The notes under the pieces are model-generated. The model did not search any database. It was not told the origin of the DNA and saw only the letters and a list, made by a program, of their open reading frames with translations. Position numbers and translations under genes: made by a program. This document shows, piece by piece, positions 62,203 through 64,000 of a DNA stretch of 64,000 bases (its first letter is position 1; each line of letters opens with the position of its first letter). The DNA is from Carcharhinus amblyrhynchos (Eukaryota). The DNA lies in assembly GCA_965287045.1 (NCBI GenBank), contig OZ336881.1, positions 1,302,001-1,366,000 on the forward strand, given 5' to 3'.

Positions 62203-64000
62203 GATGTTGTGTATGTGGCTTAGTGACCACAGGTGATGGAAACAGGACTAACTGTAAGTTAACAGCCGGGCTACAGAGTTTGGATAACCTCATATTTGGT
62301 GGATAGAGTGGGCAGCTCATCAGTGTTAAAATCAATGTTATGGAGGTGTGAATAATTACTTAGTGACATGCAAATTGCTTAATCTTGATTTGATGTCAGG
62401 AAGAGGCCTGGAGTCAATAGCTAGAGAAGGGTTTAGGAATGAGGATTGAACAATAATTCAGTCCTCCTGATTTAATTAGAAATGTGATGCTGGGAGGTAG
62501 TCCTAGCAATTTAATGAATGGCGTTGTCCAGTGAGGTTGAGTTTGTCATCAGCAATCAGTGAGAACAAACACTCTCCTTGGAAATAGAAGGGCCCAAGGA
62601 TAGATTCTTAGTAACACCAGAGATGGTGTGGGAACAGGAAGGGCAGTCATTGATTCTCCACCTACAATTTTAGATAAGAATGGAACCAGGTGAGAGCAGT
62701 CCCAACCTGTTGGACAACAATAGAAAGATGTCAGAGCTGGATGAATGTGGTTAACAATTTTGGTACATGAGGCTGAGATGGATGAAGAGGGTAAATTAGC
62801 CTTTTTCATGGTCACCATAAAATCATTTGTGACTTTGGATTGTCTTGGTACTGTGACAGGGGTGCAAAGCTGATTGGAAGGATTCTACTGTGGAGGTCAG
62901 AAAGCTGGGAACAGATTTTGTAGCCAGTGGAGATTCCAAACTCCTGTCCCGTATCCAAAGATGTTCAAGTAAATGGTTGGCTTTTGAGAAGTGTGGTGGG
63001 GGAGGGGGGAGTGGTTTGGAGGAAGAGAGTATGTGGGGTGATAGGTTTAAGAGGGGCAACACCTGAAGAGAATCGTTCATATCAATTAACATCAATGTTG
63101 GATTAACTTGAATTTAAATCTGGGAAAGGAAGCAGTAATATTGAGATTTGTTAATGTTTATATTCCAGCATTAGCAATTTTATTTTGTGCTTTAAGTACT
63201 CAATTTTTAGATCATGGTAATTCTTTCAAGTTTTAATTATCTAAGTAATAAGTCTAAAGTTGGCTTAGTTATTCTGCATGTGCCGTGTGCGCGCTGAGTG
63301 TTGGCTTCACTTTGCAGGGTTTAAAATAGATTCTGCCTAATGTTGGAACACAGTTATACTGCAGAATGTGGGGGGCATATCTTGATGCTCAATGTTGTGT
63401 AATTTTCAGAATAGATGCTGGTTTAGTCTTAATGAATGAATTTCATAATCCTTCTTGAATTAGTTTATTTATTAGCATCAAAGGTAGGCTTAATCTTAGT
63501 TCAAAATATTTAACCAGGTAATACCTGACTGCAGTCATAAACTGAAACAGTTAGTGTTTTGTGTGCATGGAGGCTCATTTTGATTAGGACCCTGTTTTGT
63601 CTATAATTTGATTTCACACAGAATGAGGAACTTGCTTCCATGAAAAGTAATAGAATGAAGCCTCTGGGTGATCAATCCCTGTCAATCAATCACACTGTCT
63701 GATGTACCTGGAGGCAACATATTCACCTGAATTGCAGTTCGCTATTCAAGGCGACTTCTTTAAAAAGACAGAATGCTGTGTATGAACAACCTCTGTCCAC
63801 GTGTAGGATCAAGCAAACATCAATATTGGAAACAACTAATTACTTTACATCTGATCACATGGACTGGTTGGAATGAATAATTTGCAATTAGGTATGTTAT
63901 CAATTGTGAGCAATGTTAATTTTGAAGCTTAGTCCAAGAGTCCAGGGCTTTGTAACACACAGAATCCCTGCTGGAAGTATAAACATTCTCATCAAGAGAT

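Overview
Vertebrate genomic DNA, most likely from a cartilaginous fish (inferred from abundant CR1-type LINE remnants and HE1-like/Deu-type tRNA SINEs). The window holds the last four coding exons of EHBP1 (+ strand: 23689-23788, 29310-29383, 47424-47538, 48074-48164; bMERB domain and C-terminal CaaX CVLQ). About 8 kb downstream of its stop codon lies a complete OTX1 gene (+ strand: CDS 56191-56287, 56473-56624, 57761-58462; 316 aa), with probable non-coding 5' exons near 53.8-54.1 kb. This is the conserved EHBP1-OTX1 linkage. The rest is intronic or intergenic: decayed LINEs and SINEs, simple repeats, four N-runs and several transposon-poor blocks that look like conserved regulatory sequence. 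Most unusual items: (1) a ~1.54 kb near-perfect palindrome (577-bp arms, 6 mismatches by manual count) in an EHBP1 intron, carrying an ordered set of splice signals; (2) a decayed duplicate of an EHBP1 coding exon 2 kb downstream of the real one; (3) an inverted Penelope-like element with two degenerate minimal hammerhead ribozyme motifs and a 12-bp target duplication; (4) N-runs that sit in repeat-free, conserved-looking sequence. Repeat-family names come from recalled motifs, not a database search, and repeat boundaries are approximate. No complete novel protein-coding system could be supported.
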